A DNA stretch of 37,273 nucleotides, taken from contig JASFQK010000051.1 in the NCBI GenBank assembly GCA_050115495.1, positions 1-37,273 on the forward strand. Direction: 5' to 3'. The position numbers and the translations under genes are program-made. The notes under the pieces were generated by a model. That model made no database searches and had not been told where the DNA came from. It saw only the letters and a list, made by a program, of their open reading frames with translations. This DNA comes from Phycisphaerae bacterium. Its GTDB lineage: Bacteria; Planctomycetota; Phycisphaerae; UBA1845; Fen-1342. Numbering within the stretch: the first letter of the stretch is position 1; every line of letters begins with the position of its first letter. Below, piece after piece: positions 6,459-16,624 of the stretch.

Positions 6459-8954
6459 TCACTTCCGCTTGATCGGCCGCTCCATCAGATCCACTTCGAC
6501 GAGCCGCTTGCTTCGCCGCCGATAGCGCAGCGTCTTGATCTCGAACGCCCCGAGCTGCACTTTCTGCTGCACGCCGTCAGACGGCAGCGACACCGTCGTC
6601 TGCCGCGCCCGCCCCGTCGGTTCGAACAGCCGAATGATGAGGTCCGGCCCGTCTTCGGCCTGCTTGAACACGGTCATCTGCACGACCTGGTCGCTCAGCA
6701 CGACGCCCGCCGCCGGCCGCCGCCCTTCGCCCGACGGGAACATCGACAGCGCCTGCGGCTGCTCGTGGTGCGCGAGCGCCTCGCGATCCACCCGCGTCAG
6801 CCGCTCCTGCACAGCACCGCCGCTGAGCCAGAAGTGGAACACGTGCTCACCCTGGTCATGCCGCGGCGTAAACCGATCCTGCTTGACGATCGGCCGCCCC
6901 TTCAGCGCGAACCCCGAATGTGCCGGCGCCCGCAGCAGCGACAACCGCATTTCGCCACCAGCCATGTCCGACCCGTACGTCGCATCCGTGATGCACGTCA
7001 GCGCTGCGTCCTCCGCCGACGACACGACCGCCACCCACTTCTGCGCCACCGCCTCATCGGTCCCCACCGGCAGATCCGCCACACCGTACGCCACCTGCCC
7101 GCGATACGCCGCCTGTTCAAACGGTGTCGGCACCGACAGCTTCAGGATGCGGTCCTTCTCGGTCCAGTGCACGCGCGTCTCGATCTCGATCTCCGTGCCC
7201 TCGCGCGGCAGCTTGTACCGCTGGCACACGCACGAGTGCCCGTGAATCAGCAGCACTTCGACCACGCTCCGCACTGGACCATCCTCGATCACGCGCACCG
7301 GCGCCAGCTTTCCACCTTCCACACCCGCGAACCACGCCGCCTCCGCCGGCGTCATCAGCCGAAACCGCCCCACGACCTGCCGGAAGCTCCGCACCGTCGT
7401 TCCCCACGCGTCCGCGTTATCCCGCACGACGAGCAGCCGCCCCGCCCCGCTCTTCACGTAGTCCCGCCCGTTCGCGCGATACCGTTCGAACAGACCGGTC
7501 CGCGTGTTGATCACCACTTCGAGCGCTGCGGTCTTGAAGCGAATCCGCCCGCCACTCGCCTGCAACTTCGCCGGTGGCTTGGCCGGCAGCATCTTCACCC
7601 GGCAATTAAACCGGTTCATGCAACTCGGCGCCAGCTCCGCCCGAAACACCACGCGCTTGCGATGATCCTCGTTGATATTCGCGTGCTCCTGCTCCGCCTG
7701 CGACGGCAGCGGCGCCCGGCCCGCGTACACCTGCGGCTGGCTGAACTTGCCCGTCTGATGCGGCCACGCCGGCTGAAACTCGCACGCCACCGTCGCCGTC
7801 ACCCGATACGGATGCGGGTTGTACACCAGGATCGGAAACTCGTCCGGCTGCCCCGGCCGCTGCCCGCCACTCAGCGCGAGGAAGCACCGCGTCTTCACCC
7901 GATCCACAATCTCCAGCCCGTGATCGAGCATGCGCACGACGTGCTCTTCCACCGGCGGAATCGAACTGCCCGGCAGCGCATCGTGGAACTCGCTCCGCAA
8001 CAGGTCCCGCTGCGCCTCCGCCAACTCCGCCCGCGGATACGGCACCAGCCCCTGCATCGCCGCCGTCGTCGCCATCTTCTCGACGGCGTACAGCTCGTTT
8101 TCCAGCTTCCGATGCCGCCGCTTCACGCGCATCATCGACGTGTAGCAGCCCACCGCCCACGGATTCAGATCCCCTTTGTGCTGCGGCAACGGCGCCTCCC
8201 GGCGCCGAGCGTCCTCGAAGTACCGTTCCGGCGTCGAGTGAAACAAGTCGACGTCGCGTCGCTCGCGGCCCAGCTTGATCAGCTCCGCCGCATCGATCCG
8301 CGCCGGCCCGCCCCCGTGATTGCCGACGCCATACAGCACCAATCCGCACGCGACGTGCGCATTATCCGCCAGCCAGCCGCAGACTCGCTCCCGTGCCTTT
8401 CCCGGCGGCGAGTTGTAATGCGTCTCCGCCCGCCGCGCCAGCACCTCCGACCCGTCGTAGCCGACCCAACGGAACGCTCCCGCCGGCAGTGGCAGATCTT
8501 CCGCCCCCGGCCGGCAGAACAGGTACGCGTCGTACCCGCTCCGCGCCAGGATCTGCGCCAACCCGCGCGTATGCCCAAAGGCGTCCAGACTGGCGGCTAC
8601 GGTCGGCTCAACGCCGAACTTCTCCGCGAAGTACCGCCGACCGACCAGGATCTGCCGCACGAACGACTCGCCGCTCGGCATGTTGCAGTCCGGCTGGAGG
8701 TACCACCCGCCCATGACGTGCCAGCGTCCCCGCCGCACCAACTGCCGAATCTCGCGGAACAGCGCCGGATCGTGCTCCTCGATCCACTCGTAGTACATGA
8801 CCTCGTTGCGGTTGAAGATGAACGCCGGAAACTCCCGGCAAACGGCGACCGCCGCCCGCGCCATAGCCAGCGCCTCGGCCAGCCCCTCGGGCCACTCCCA
8901 CAGCCAAACCGGATCGAGATGCGAGTTACAAACGAGGTGCACGCTGTTCTTCAT
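6459..8954 (-). CDS. glycoside hydrolase family 38 alpha-mannosidase
   Basis: SHLDPVWLW, PDCNMPSGES, DAFGH (nucleophile), YGVGNHGGGP, EFHDALPGSSI. Confidence 0.93.
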   Translation of the reverse strand: MKNSVHLVCNSHLDPVWLWEWPEGLAEALAMARAAVAVCREFPAFIFNRNEVMYYEWIEEHDPALFREIRQLVRRGRWHVMGGWYLQPDCNMPSGESFVRQILVGRRYFAEKFGVEPTVAASLDAFGHTRGLAQILARSGYDAYLFCRPGAEDLPLPAGAFRWVGYDGSEVLARRAETHYNSPPGKARERVCGWLADNAHVACGLVLYGVGNHGGGPARIDAAELIKLGRERRDVDLFHSTPERYFEDARRREAPLPQHKGDLNPWAVGCYTSMMRVKRRHRKLENELYAVEKMATTAAMQGLVPYPRAELAEAQRDLLRSEFHDALPGSSIPPVEEHVVRMLDHGLEIVDRVKTRCFLALSGGQRPGQPDEFPILVYNPHPYRVTATVACEFQPAWPHQTGKFSQPQVYAGRAPLPSQAEQEHANINEDHRKRVVFRAELAPSCMNRFNCRVKMLPAKPPAKLQASGGRIRFKTAALEVVINTRTGLFERYRANGRDYVKSGAGRLLVVRDNADAWGTTVRSFRQVVGRFRLMTPAEAAWFAGVEGGKLAPVRVIEDGPVRSVVEVLLIHGHSCVCQRYKLPREGTEIEIETRVHWTEKDRILKLSVPTPFEQAAYRGQVAYGVADLPVGTDEAVAQKWVAVVSSAEDAALTCITDATYGSDMAGGEMRLSLLRAPAHSGFALKGRPIVKQDRFTPRHDQGEHVFHFWLSGGAVQERLTRVDREALAHHEQPQALSMFPSGEGRRPAAGVVLSDQVVQMTVFKQAEDGPDLIIRLFEPTGRARQTTVSLPSDGVQQKVQLGAFEIKTLRYRRRSKRLVEVDLMERPIKRK

Positions 8955-9445
8955 ACGCTCTCAACCCTCATCCCCGTCTCATCTTCACCGATCACCGTGA
9001 ACCCGTATCAACCAACCTCGTCGCGCACAGGCTGTACCCGCCCCCGCCCCGCCCGTCAATATCGCCGATCCCCCACTGTGGCACCGGATTGCATCCGGTG
9101 CGTCATCACCGCCTCGCCCGCTCATCCCCCGTGCCGAACGTCTTCGCACGGGCACCCCGCCCCGGCTGCCCGTGTCTCTTCGCCTTCTGAACCCGCCTCG
9201 TCTCTCGCATCGCCGCGCCCGACTGCCAGTGTGGCACCTGCCAATGGCTGGTGATCCCCTCCGCTGCGGAGCCCCGCACGATCCACTCGCGGCCCTCCCG
9301 CCCCGCATCATCCGCTCCCCTCTCCAGCCCAAACCTACCTTTGCCCCCATCGATGCGCCTATGTAGACTGCAAGCATGCTCCACAGGCGCGCGCCGACCA
9401 CCCGGACACCTCACACAACACCCAGGCCACAGAGGGGTACGCCAC

Positions 9446-10045
9446 ATGAAGGAAGACATCCTCGAACAGCTCGTTGACGATTACTTGCAGCTCCAGGGCT
9501 ACTTCACGCAGCACAACCTGAAGTTCCGACCTCGGCCGGACCACCCGGACTTCGACTCCCAACACGACTCGAACCACAGCGACATCGACGTTCTCGGGTA
9601 TCACCCGAGACTCCGCGGTCCGCGGCGCGTCATGGTGGTAAGCTGCAAGAGCTGGCAGACCGGCTTCCCCGTGTGTGCGATCATCGATGAGTTGGAACAT
9701 AACAAGGTGCGCTCCGGCCGCCCGACGTGGAAGGCCTTTCGCGAACTGGTGTGTCCGAAGTGGAGCGAGGCCCTCATCGCCGCGGTGGAGTCCGCGACAG
9801 GCTGCCGGCAATTCACATACGTGACCGCCGCAACGAAGATCACGGGCGATCGGAAGGAATGGGAAGCCTATCCGCCGTTCCGCGAGGCGATGCGCGGCAA
9901 TCCCATCAAGCTCCTGTCCCTGCGCGAGATGCTGACCGCGTTCACGGCCTCACTGAGCACAACGGTGGCCAACTCGGAACTCGGCCGGACATTGCAGTTG
10001 CTGAAGGCCGCGGGGTACGTCGACGCTGACCATTCCCCCACATGA
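9446..10045 (+). CDS. PD-(D/E)XK restriction-endonuclease-like protein
   Basis: 199 aa from MKEDILEQLV, with a GAGGGG RBS. E...DIDV...SCK pattern. Confidence 0.65.
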   Translation: MKEDILEQLVDDYLQLQGYFTQHNLKFRPRPDHPDFDSQHDSNHSDIDVLGYHPRLRGPRRVMVVSCKSWQTGFPVCAIIDELEHNKVRSGRPTWKAFRELVCPKWSEALIAAVESATGCRQFTYVTAATKITGDRKEWEAYPPFREAMRGNPIKLLSLREMLTAFTASLSTTVANSELGRTLQLLKAAGYVDADHSPT

Positions 10046-10072
10046 CACCAGCGGAGAAGACACCCGACTCGC

Positions 10073-10492
10073 TCACCCCCCCGCCGACTTCCGCCTCTGC
10101 TCCAACACCCAGTTCACCGCCTCGCGCAGCGTCTTCGCATCGATGGGCTTCTCCAGGAACATGTCCACCGACATCGCGTCCGGGCATACCTCCTGCCCGT
10201 ACTCCATGCCCACCGACTGCCCGATCGCCGAAATCAGAATGAGCGGGATCTTCTTCAGGTGCCGGTCTCGCCGCATCTCACACGCGATTTGCAGCCCCTC
10301 CGACGGGTGCGACAGCATGATGTCCAGGAGAACCAGATCGGGCGGCTCGTGGCGTATCGCCTCCAGCCCCGCGGCCCCCGTCTCGTAGCAGACGACGGCG
10401 AACCCCACGGGCTCAAGGATCATCTGGACGGCCAGGTGCATGTCCAGGTCGTCGTCGATGAGCAAAACTCGCGTCGGCCTCGAGGCGTCCAC
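10073..10492 (-). CDS. single-domain response regulator (receiver)
   Basis: LLIDDD, PDLVLLDIML, ILISA and FLEKP receiver motifs. Confidence 0.9.
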   Translation of the reverse strand: MDASRPTRVLLIDDDLDMHLAVQMILEPVGFAVVCYETGAAGLEAIRHEPPDLVLLDIMLSHPSEGLQIACEMRRDRHLKKIPLILISAIGQSVGMEYGQEVCPDAMSVDMFLEKPIDAKTLREAVNWVLEQRRKSAGG

Positions 10493-10615
10493 ACCAACCC
10501 GCCTTTCGACGCACAGTCTAGCCGCCGGCTAAGAGAGGGTACAGACTCCTCACACCGCACGGCTCCTGCGCCCGGGCCTCTCGGCTCGGAGCCGGCCTCC
10601 GCTCTCAACGGGCGG

Positions 10616-11062
10616 TCAGTCCTCGGCCGCCAGTTGCACGAGGGCCCCTTGCAGCCGCCGGCTGAGCGTACCCGCCAGCACCTTGAGCAGATGGTACCCC
10701 AGCGAGTGGTCGCGCTCGCAGAGCTCACGAATCCCGCGGGCCTCGATGCGCACCACCGTACCCGGCTCGCGCGGGACCGCGGTCGCCGTGCACTCGTACG
10801 GGGCGACCAGCGAGGACCAGCCGATGAGGTCGCCGGCCACGACCGTGTCCACCACGCGGCCCTCGTCGATATGCGCCTGGTAGACGATGTCGACCTGGCC
10901 GCTGCGGAGGATGAACAAGGCCGGCGCCTCGTCACCCTCGGCGAAGAGCGGCTCACCCACGTTGAGCGAGCGTTCTTCGGTGATCGCCGCCACCGCCTTC
11001 AGGCTCTCCGCGCCGACGCCGGCGAAGTACGGAAATGAGCGCAACACCTCGATGGATACCAT
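10616..11062 (-). CDS. cyclic nucleotide-binding domain protein (Crp-like sensor without HTH)
   Basis: LFAEGDEA...ILRSGQVDI...GDLIGWSSL; GGAGG RBS. Confidence 0.88.
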   Translation of the reverse strand: MVSIEVLRSFPYFAGVGAESLKAVAAITEERSLNVGEPLFAEGDEAPALFILRSGQVDIVYQAHIDEGRVVDTVVAGDLIGWSSLVAPYECTATAVPREPGTVVRIEARGIRELCERDHSLGYHLLKVLAGTLSRRLQGALVQLAAED

Positions 11063-11067
11063 GGTCC

Positions 11068-11556
11068 TCACCTCCACTCGGTCAGGAGAGTCTGCACGAG
11101 CTCAGCGGCACGCGGCACACCAGCCTCCACCGCGGGCGTGCACTGCTCGCCAAACGTCTCCACGTCGGCGGCCTCGATGGCAACAATGCGAATGTCGCCG
11201 GCCGCCGGCAGTTCCGCTCCGGCCCGCCGCCCAAATTCCAGGGCGGTCCACAGATCCATGTCATGTACCGAATCGCCGTGCTGCGTCGGCCCTGCGGTGT
11301 CCAGAACGCACACCGTGCCCGGCGGAGCCCCCGTGCGCTGGGCATCGATGATTATAACCCGCTCGTAGCCGACGATGCGCTCCATAAGCCGCAACCCGCC
11401 CCAATAATCCTCCGCCAATTCCAGGTCCGGCCGGCCAGCCAGCACCGGCCGCAACTGCTCCAGCACGCGCAGCCCAACAGCGTCGTCGGTCAACAGGGGA
11501 TTCCCCAGACCGAGCACGAGCGTTCTCGCGGCCGGATGTTGCGTAATCGCCGACAT
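11068..11556 (-). CDS. hydrogenase maturation protease
   Basis: LGLGNPLLTDDAVG, IIIDA, SVHD; directly downstream of the large subunit. Confidence 0.92.
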   Translation of the reverse strand: MSAITQHPAARTLVLGLGNPLLTDDAVGLRVLEQLRPVLAGRPDLELAEDYWGGLRLMERIVGYERVIIIDAQRTGAPPGTVCVLDTAGPTQHGDSVHDMDLWTALEFGRRAGAELPAAGDIRIVAIEAADVETFGEQCTPAVEAGVPRAAELVQTLLTEWR

Positions 11557-11567
11557 GATGTGTCCGG

Positions 11568-13049
11568 TTACGGCTGCGTCTCGCCGCGGGTGATCGTCCG
11601 CAGCACTTGTCCGTCGGGATCGCGCAGGACGACGGTGAGTGGCATCTTCCCCGGCAGGCAATGCGTCGCGCAGCCGAAGCAGGGGTCGTACGCCCGGAAC
11701 GCCATCTCGATGCGGTTGAGCAGGCCCTCCGTGACCGTCGTCCCCTTGCGGATGAGCGCCTTCGCGGCCTCCTTGACGGAGAGGTTGATCGGGGCGTTGT
11801 TGTTCGTCGTGCCGACGATGAGGTTCACGCGGGTCAGTATGCCGCGCTCGTCACTCCAGTAGTGGTGCGTCAGCGTGCCGCGCGGGGCTTCGACGCAACC
11901 GACGCCTTCCTCGGGCGTGGCCGTCGGCAGGACGCGGTATTCCTTCCCCGTGATTTCCGGGTCAGTGGCCAACTCGACCCACCGCTCGGCGGAGTAGAGC
12001 AGCTCGATCAGCCGGGCCCAGTGCGTGGCCAGCGTGTGGTGCACCGGCTTGCCACCGAGCGTCTCGTACATCCGCTCGTATTCCTTCTGCGCCAGCGGCG
12101 TGGCCATGCCGTCGGCGGCGTTGAGACGCGAGAGCGGCGTGGCCTTGTACACGCCGGAATCCGCGCCGTCGACGAAACCCTTCCAGCCGACCTTCTTCAG
12201 ATACGGGAACTTCAGGTAGGACCAGGGTTCGACGCGCTCGGCGATGTAGTCGCGGTAGTCCTTCGCGGCGTATTTCGCGTGCTCGCGGCCGTCCGGCCCG
12301 ACCACGCGGACCCGGCCATCGTAGAAGTTGACGCGGTTGTTCGCGTCGACCAGGCCCATGTTGTACGTGCGGTGCGTGTACGCATCACTCGTGATGAGCT
12401 GCACATAGTCGCTGTTACCCAGCACGATCTGGTTGAACAGCTCCAGCGAGAATTTGCCGAACTCGATCGCATCGCGGCCGAGGCGCTCGATCTCGATTCG
12501 CTGCTCCTCGGTGATGCCGCGGCTGACGCCGCCGGGCAGGCCCCAGTTCGGGTGCACCTTCCGGCCGCCGATCATCTCGATCAAATTGTGGCCGTCGCGG
12601 CGCATCTTGAGGACCTTGCCGGCGATCTCCATGCCGACCTTCTGAATGACGCCGAGGATGTTGCGCTCCTCCTTCGGCGCGTCCGGCCCCATGACGAAGT
12701 CGGGCCCGCCCAGGGCGTAGAAGTGCGTCGTGTGGTCCGTGGCGAAGAAGATGCAGTAGAACATCTCGCGCAGCTTCTTCGCTGTCGGCGGCGGATCGAC
12801 CCGGAACAGCGCGTCCAGGGCCTTCGTGCCGGCGATGTGGTGCGCCTCCGGACAAACGCCGCAGATGCGCGACGTCAGGTTCGGCATGTCCTCCGCGAGG
12901 CGGCCGACGCAGAAACGCTCGAAGCCGCGCAGCTCGGGGATCTGGAGGTACGCCTCGGCCACGTCGCCCTTCGGTGTCAGGAAGATGTCGATCTTGCCGT
13001 GGCCTTCGAGCCGCGTGATCGGGTCGATGCTGATGCGCTGGGTTGTCAT
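11568..13049 (-). CDS. mvhA: [NiFe]-hydrogenase large subunit, group 3c (MvhA-like)
   Basis: IDPITRLEGHG, L1 motif RICGVCPEAH, EAPRG, L2 motif YDPCFGCATH with a C-terminal extension; clustered with hdrA and mvhD. Confidence 0.9.
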   Translation of the reverse strand: MTTQRISIDPITRLEGHGKIDIFLTPKGDVAEAYLQIPELRGFERFCVGRLAEDMPNLTSRICGVCPEAHHIAGTKALDALFRVDPPPTAKKLREMFYCIFFATDHTTHFYALGGPDFVMGPDAPKEERNILGVIQKVGMEIAGKVLKMRRDGHNLIEMIGGRKVHPNWGLPGGVSRGITEEQRIEIERLGRDAIEFGKFSLELFNQIVLGNSDYVQLITSDAYTHRTYNMGLVDANNRVNFYDGRVRVVGPDGREHAKYAAKDYRDYIAERVEPWSYLKFPYLKKVGWKGFVDGADSGVYKATPLSRLNAADGMATPLAQKEYERMYETLGGKPVHHTLATHWARLIELLYSAERWVELATDPEITGKEYRVLPTATPEEGVGCVEAPRGTLTHHYWSDERGILTRVNLIVGTTNNNAPINLSVKEAAKALIRKGTTVTEGLLNRIEMAFRAYDPCFGCATHCLPGKMPLTVVLRDPDGQVLRTITRGETQP

Positions 13050-13064
13050 CGGCGAATGCTCCAC

Positions 13065-14078
13065 CTAGGCCTGAGAAGCGGCCTTGGGCCGCGGCAGTTC
13101 GTGACGTTCGGCGTCCGGCACCAGGGCCGCCCGCCGCAGCAGGCTGCTGGCCAGACTGAACCGGTAGAAGCTCCCGACCGGGTCGGGAATGCCCTCGCGG
13201 ATGATGCGTTCGATCTCTTCGGGATCGGTGGCGTCGATCACCGAGGCCAAGGCGGTGATGAGCCGCGCCCCGAAGTCCTCGACGCCGGCGTTCGGCCCGT
13301 AGCAGCCGATGCACGGCGAATTCACCTGCGGGCAGCGGGCCCCACAACCGGCGCGCGTCGCCGGCCCGCAGCACAGCAGCCCCTGTTCCAGCAGGCAGAT
13401 GTCCGGATCGGGGATGACCTCCCACGTCCGCTTGAACGCCTTGATCTTCTTTTCCGTCCGCGTCCGCGGGCACTCGTCGCAGCAGGTCGTCGTCGGCCCG
13501 ATCACCGACCCCGCCGGCGGCAGCTTGCCCTCCAGGATCGCCACCACCGCGTCCCAGATGCACGACGCCTCCGGCGGGCACCCCGGCAGGTAATAATCGA
13601 CCGGCACCGTCTGCCCCAGCGTCCGCACCGTGTCGTAGAACACCGGCAGCGACAGGTGATACCCGTTGACCTTCGTCTCCGGCTGCGGCACGGCGTTGCT
13701 GCGGTTGTCCGTCGAGGAGTTGTCCAGGAAGACCGTCTCGAAGATCTCGTCGCGGCAGGTCAGGTTGGCCAGCCCCGGGATGCAGCCCTCGCTGGCGCAC
13801 GAGCCGAACGCCACCAGGACCTTCGACTTCTGCCGCAGCAGCTTCGCCATGTACTCCTGCTCGCTGTTGCGGATGCTGCCGTTGAACAGGCACACGTCGA
13901 CGTACTGGTCGGGCCAGTGCTCGACGTCGCGTACCTTGGTGTCCATGATGCACGGACACAGGACGATGTCGAACGCGGCCGCCACGTCGAGGATCTTCTC
14001 GTTCAGGGCGAGGATCGAGATCTCGCACCCGCCGCACGACGCCGCCCAGTAGATCGCCAGCTTGCCCTTGTCGCTCAT
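13065..14078 (-). CDS. mvhG: [NiFe]-hydrogenase small subunit (MvhG-like)
   Basis: SCGGC, AFGSCA, PGCPP, CLLEQGLLCCGPATRAGC...CIGCYGP. Start at MSDKGK after GGAGG. Confidence 0.9.
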   Translation of the reverse strand: MSDKGKLAIYWAASCGGCEISILALNEKILDVAAAFDIVLCPCIMDTKVRDVEHWPDQYVDVCLFNGSIRNSEQEYMAKLLRQKSKVLVAFGSCASEGCIPGLANLTCRDEIFETVFLDNSSTDNRSNAVPQPETKVNGYHLSLPVFYDTVRTLGQTVPVDYYLPGCPPEASCIWDAVVAILEGKLPPAGSVIGPTTTCCDECPRTRTEKKIKAFKRTWEVIPDPDICLLEQGLLCCGPATRAGCGARCPQVNSPCIGCYGPNAGVEDFGARLITALASVIDATDPEEIERIIREGIPDPVGSFYRFSLASSLLRRAALVPDAERHELPRPKAASQA

Positions 14079-14572
14079 CGTCCGACCTCCATGGCGCTCT
14101 GGTGCTCTTGCAGGATCTTCTCGACGTCGTCGAGGTGGCCGCTCTCGCCGGCCCAGTTGCTCGACCAGTGCAGCGGGCCGAGCGTGCGCACGTCCTCGAC
14201 CATGTCGTCGATGGCCTCGGCCAGTTGCAGCGCCTCGGCCGCCGAGGCCCACACCAGCCGCACGCGCCGCTCGCTGATACCCAGCGCCCGCAACATGTGC
14301 TGGAGCATCGTGTAGCGGCGCATGGTCTTGTAGTTCTGCTCGATGTAGTGGCACTCGCCCGGGTGACAGCCGGCGATGAGCACGCCGTCCGCCCCCAGCG
14401 AAAGCGCCTTGAGCACGAACGACGGATCGACCCGCCCGCTGCACATCAGCCGCACCACGCGCACGTTCGGCGAATGCTTGATGCGGGCCGTACCGGCTCC
14501 GTCGGCCGCCCGGTACGAGCACCAGTTACAGAAGAAACCGACAATTTTCGGCTCGAAGATCTCGCGCTGCAT
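14075..14572 (-). CDS. mvhD: hydrogenase iron-sulfur subunit MvhD/FlpD
   Basis: FCNWCSY, MCSGRVDP, GCHPGECHY, WASAAE. Confidence 0.93.
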   Translation of the reverse strand: MQREIFEPKIVGFFCNWCSYRAADGAGTARIKHSPNVRVVRLMCSGRVDPSFVLKALSLGADGVLIAGCHPGECHYIEQNYKTMRRYTMLQHMLRALGISERRVRLVWASAAEALQLAEAIDDMVEDVRTLGPLHWSSNWAGESGHLDDVEKILQEHQSAMEVGR

Positions 14573-14582
14573 CCCGTCACTC

Positions 14583-16613
14583 CTACGACGCGGTAGGTTC
14601 CAGGCTCGGCTCGCCGGCGACCCCGGCCGCCCGCCCGTTGCCGTTGGCGTCCCACAGCAATCCCGCGATTTCCGCGTCCACCTGGTTGTTGTCGAAATGC
14701 GCCCCGGCGATGGCCCCCGCCGGACACGCCGCCACGCACGTGCCGCAGCCCTTGCACAGCGCCGCGTTCACCTTGCTGACCTTCTCGTCCACCAGGTAGT
14801 CGATGGCGTTGAACGGACAGAGGTTGTTACAGATGCGGCAACCCGAGCAGTTGTCGGCGTTGATCGACGCCACCACCGGCTCGATCATCACCGTCCCTTT
14901 CGTGATCATGCCCTGCACCCGTGCCGCCGCCGCCGCGCCCTGCGACACCGAGTCGGGAATGTCCTTCGGTCCATGGCACGCGCCGGCGATGTAGATGCCG
15001 TCGGTCATGGTCGCCACCGGGTCGAGCTTCGCGTGCCGCTCGATGAACCACCCGGCCATGCTGCACGAGATGCCCACCTTCAGGCCGGTCTCCCGGGCGT
15101 CACGCCGCGGCTCGATCGCCCCCATCAGCACGACCATGTCCACCGGGATGCGCCGCTGCTTGCCCAGCAACGTATCCTCGACCTGCACGACGAGCTTGCC
15201 CTCTTCCTGCGGCGTGCGGGCCACGTCCGTGATCTCCGCCACTTTGCCGCGCACGAAGAGCATGCCCTCGTCCAGCAGCCGCTGATAGAACTCCTCGTAG
15301 TCCTTCTTGTTCGGCCGCATGTCGATGTAGCAGGCGTGCACCCGGGCGTTCGTCTTCTCCAACACCAGGTGCCCCAGCTTCAACGACAGCATGCAGCAAA
15401 TGCCCGAGCAGTACGTGTTGTAGCGCTGATCGCGGCTGCCCACGCAATGCACGATGCACACCGACTCCGGCGGCGTCACGCCGTCACGCAGCACGATCCG
15501 CCCGCCCGTCGGCCCCGACGCGTTGCACATCCGCTCGAATTCGAGGCTGGTGAAGACGTTCGCCAGCTTCCCGTAGCCGTACTGCGGAATCCGCCCACAA
15601 TCGAACAGGTCCCACCCCGTCGCCAGGATGATGTTGCCCACGTCGACTTCGAGGATCTCATCCTGCTGCTCGAAGTCGATCGCCCCCGTCGGGCACAGCT
15701 TCTCGCACGCCCGGCAGCGCTGCCGCTCGAACCAGATGCACGAGGCCCGGTCGATCACCGGAATCTTCGGCACCGCCTGCGGGAACGGCGTGTAGATGGA
15801 CTTGCGATAGCCCATCCCCGCCTCGAACACGTCGTCCACCACCTTGCGCGGACACTTCTCGATGCACAGCCCGCAGCCCGTGCACTTGTCCTCGCGCACA
15901 TAGCGGGCCTTCCGCCGAATGCGGGCCCGGAAGTTGCCGACCGAGCCGGACACCTCCTCCAGCTCCGAATGGGTCAGCAGCGTGATGTGCTCGTGCTGGC
16001 CGACCTCGGACATCTTCGGCGTGAGAATGCACGCGGCGCAGTCCAGCGTCGGGAACGTCTTGTCGTACTGGGCCATGTGCCCGCCGATGCTCGGCTCCCG
16101 CTCCACCAGGTAGACCGGGTAGCCGGCGTCGGCCAGCTCCAGTGCCGCCTGAATACCGGCGATGCCCCCGCCGACGACCAGCGTGTGCGGGTTCACCTTG
16201 ACCGGCATCGGCTCGAGCGCCCGGTGGTACTGCACGCGGGCCACCGCCCCGGCCACCAGCGCCTTCACCTTCTCCGTCGCCACCCGCTTGTCCCGCGTCA
16301 CCCACGACACGTGCTCGCGGATGTTCGCCATTTGCAGGAGGAACGGGTTCAGGCCGGCGTTCGCACACGCCCGCCGGAACGTCCTCTCGTGCAGGTGCGG
16401 CGAGCAGGCGGCGATGACGACGCGGGTCAGCCCTTCCTTGCGGATGTCGTCCTCAATGAGCGCCTGGCCCAGCGACGAGCACATGAACTTGTACTCACGC
16501 GAGACCGTCACCCCGTCGAGCGTGCCCGCCCAGCGGGCCACCTCCTCGACGTCGACGGTACCGGCGATGTTGCTGCCGCAGTGGCACACGTATACGCCAA
16601 CACGCTCGGCCAT
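14583..16613 (-). CDS. hdrA: heterodisulfide reductase subunit A (bifurcating flavoprotein)
   Basis: GVYVCHCGSNIAG, VVGGGIAG, DKTFPTLDCAACILTP, HCVGSRD and four ferredoxin CxxCxxC motifs. Confidence 0.95.
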   Translation of the reverse strand: MAERVGVYVCHCGSNIAGTVDVEEVARWAGTLDGVTVSREYKFMCSSLGQALIEDDIRKEGLTRVVIAACSPHLHERTFRRACANAGLNPFLLQMANIREHVSWVTRDKRVATEKVKALVAGAVARVQYHRALEPMPVKVNPHTLVVGGGIAGIQAALELADAGYPVYLVEREPSIGGHMAQYDKTFPTLDCAACILTPKMSEVGQHEHITLLTHSELEEVSGSVGNFRARIRRKARYVREDKCTGCGLCIEKCPRKVVDDVFEAGMGYRKSIYTPFPQAVPKIPVIDRASCIWFERQRCRACEKLCPTGAIDFEQQDEILEVDVGNIILATGWDLFDCGRIPQYGYGKLANVFTSLEFERMCNASGPTGGRIVLRDGVTPPESVCIVHCVGSRDQRYNTYCSGICCMLSLKLGHLVLEKTNARVHACYIDMRPNKKDYEEFYQRLLDEGMLFVRGKVAEITDVARTPQEEGKLVVQVEDTLLGKQRRIPVDMVVLMGAIEPRRDARETGLKVGISCSMAGWFIERHAKLDPVATMTDGIYIAGACHGPKDIPDSVSQGAAAAARVQGMITKGTVMIEPVVASINADNCSGCRICNNLCPFNAIDYLVDEKVSKVNAALCKGCGTCVAACPAGAIAGAHFDNNQVDAEIAGLLWDANGNGRAAGVAGEPSLEPTAS

Positions 16614-16624
16614 GAGCGGGCCTC

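Noticed and set aside
6438..9254. Long antisense ORFs (also 3109-5070, 11607-14315, 14376-17003, 16628-18802, 30275-32470, 32224-34362)
   Set aside because: These are shadow frames of clear genes on the opposite strand in high-GC DNA.
11568..16613. Selenocysteine recoding in MvhA, MvhD or HdrA
   Set aside because: All relevant ligand positions are Cys and the frames are open.
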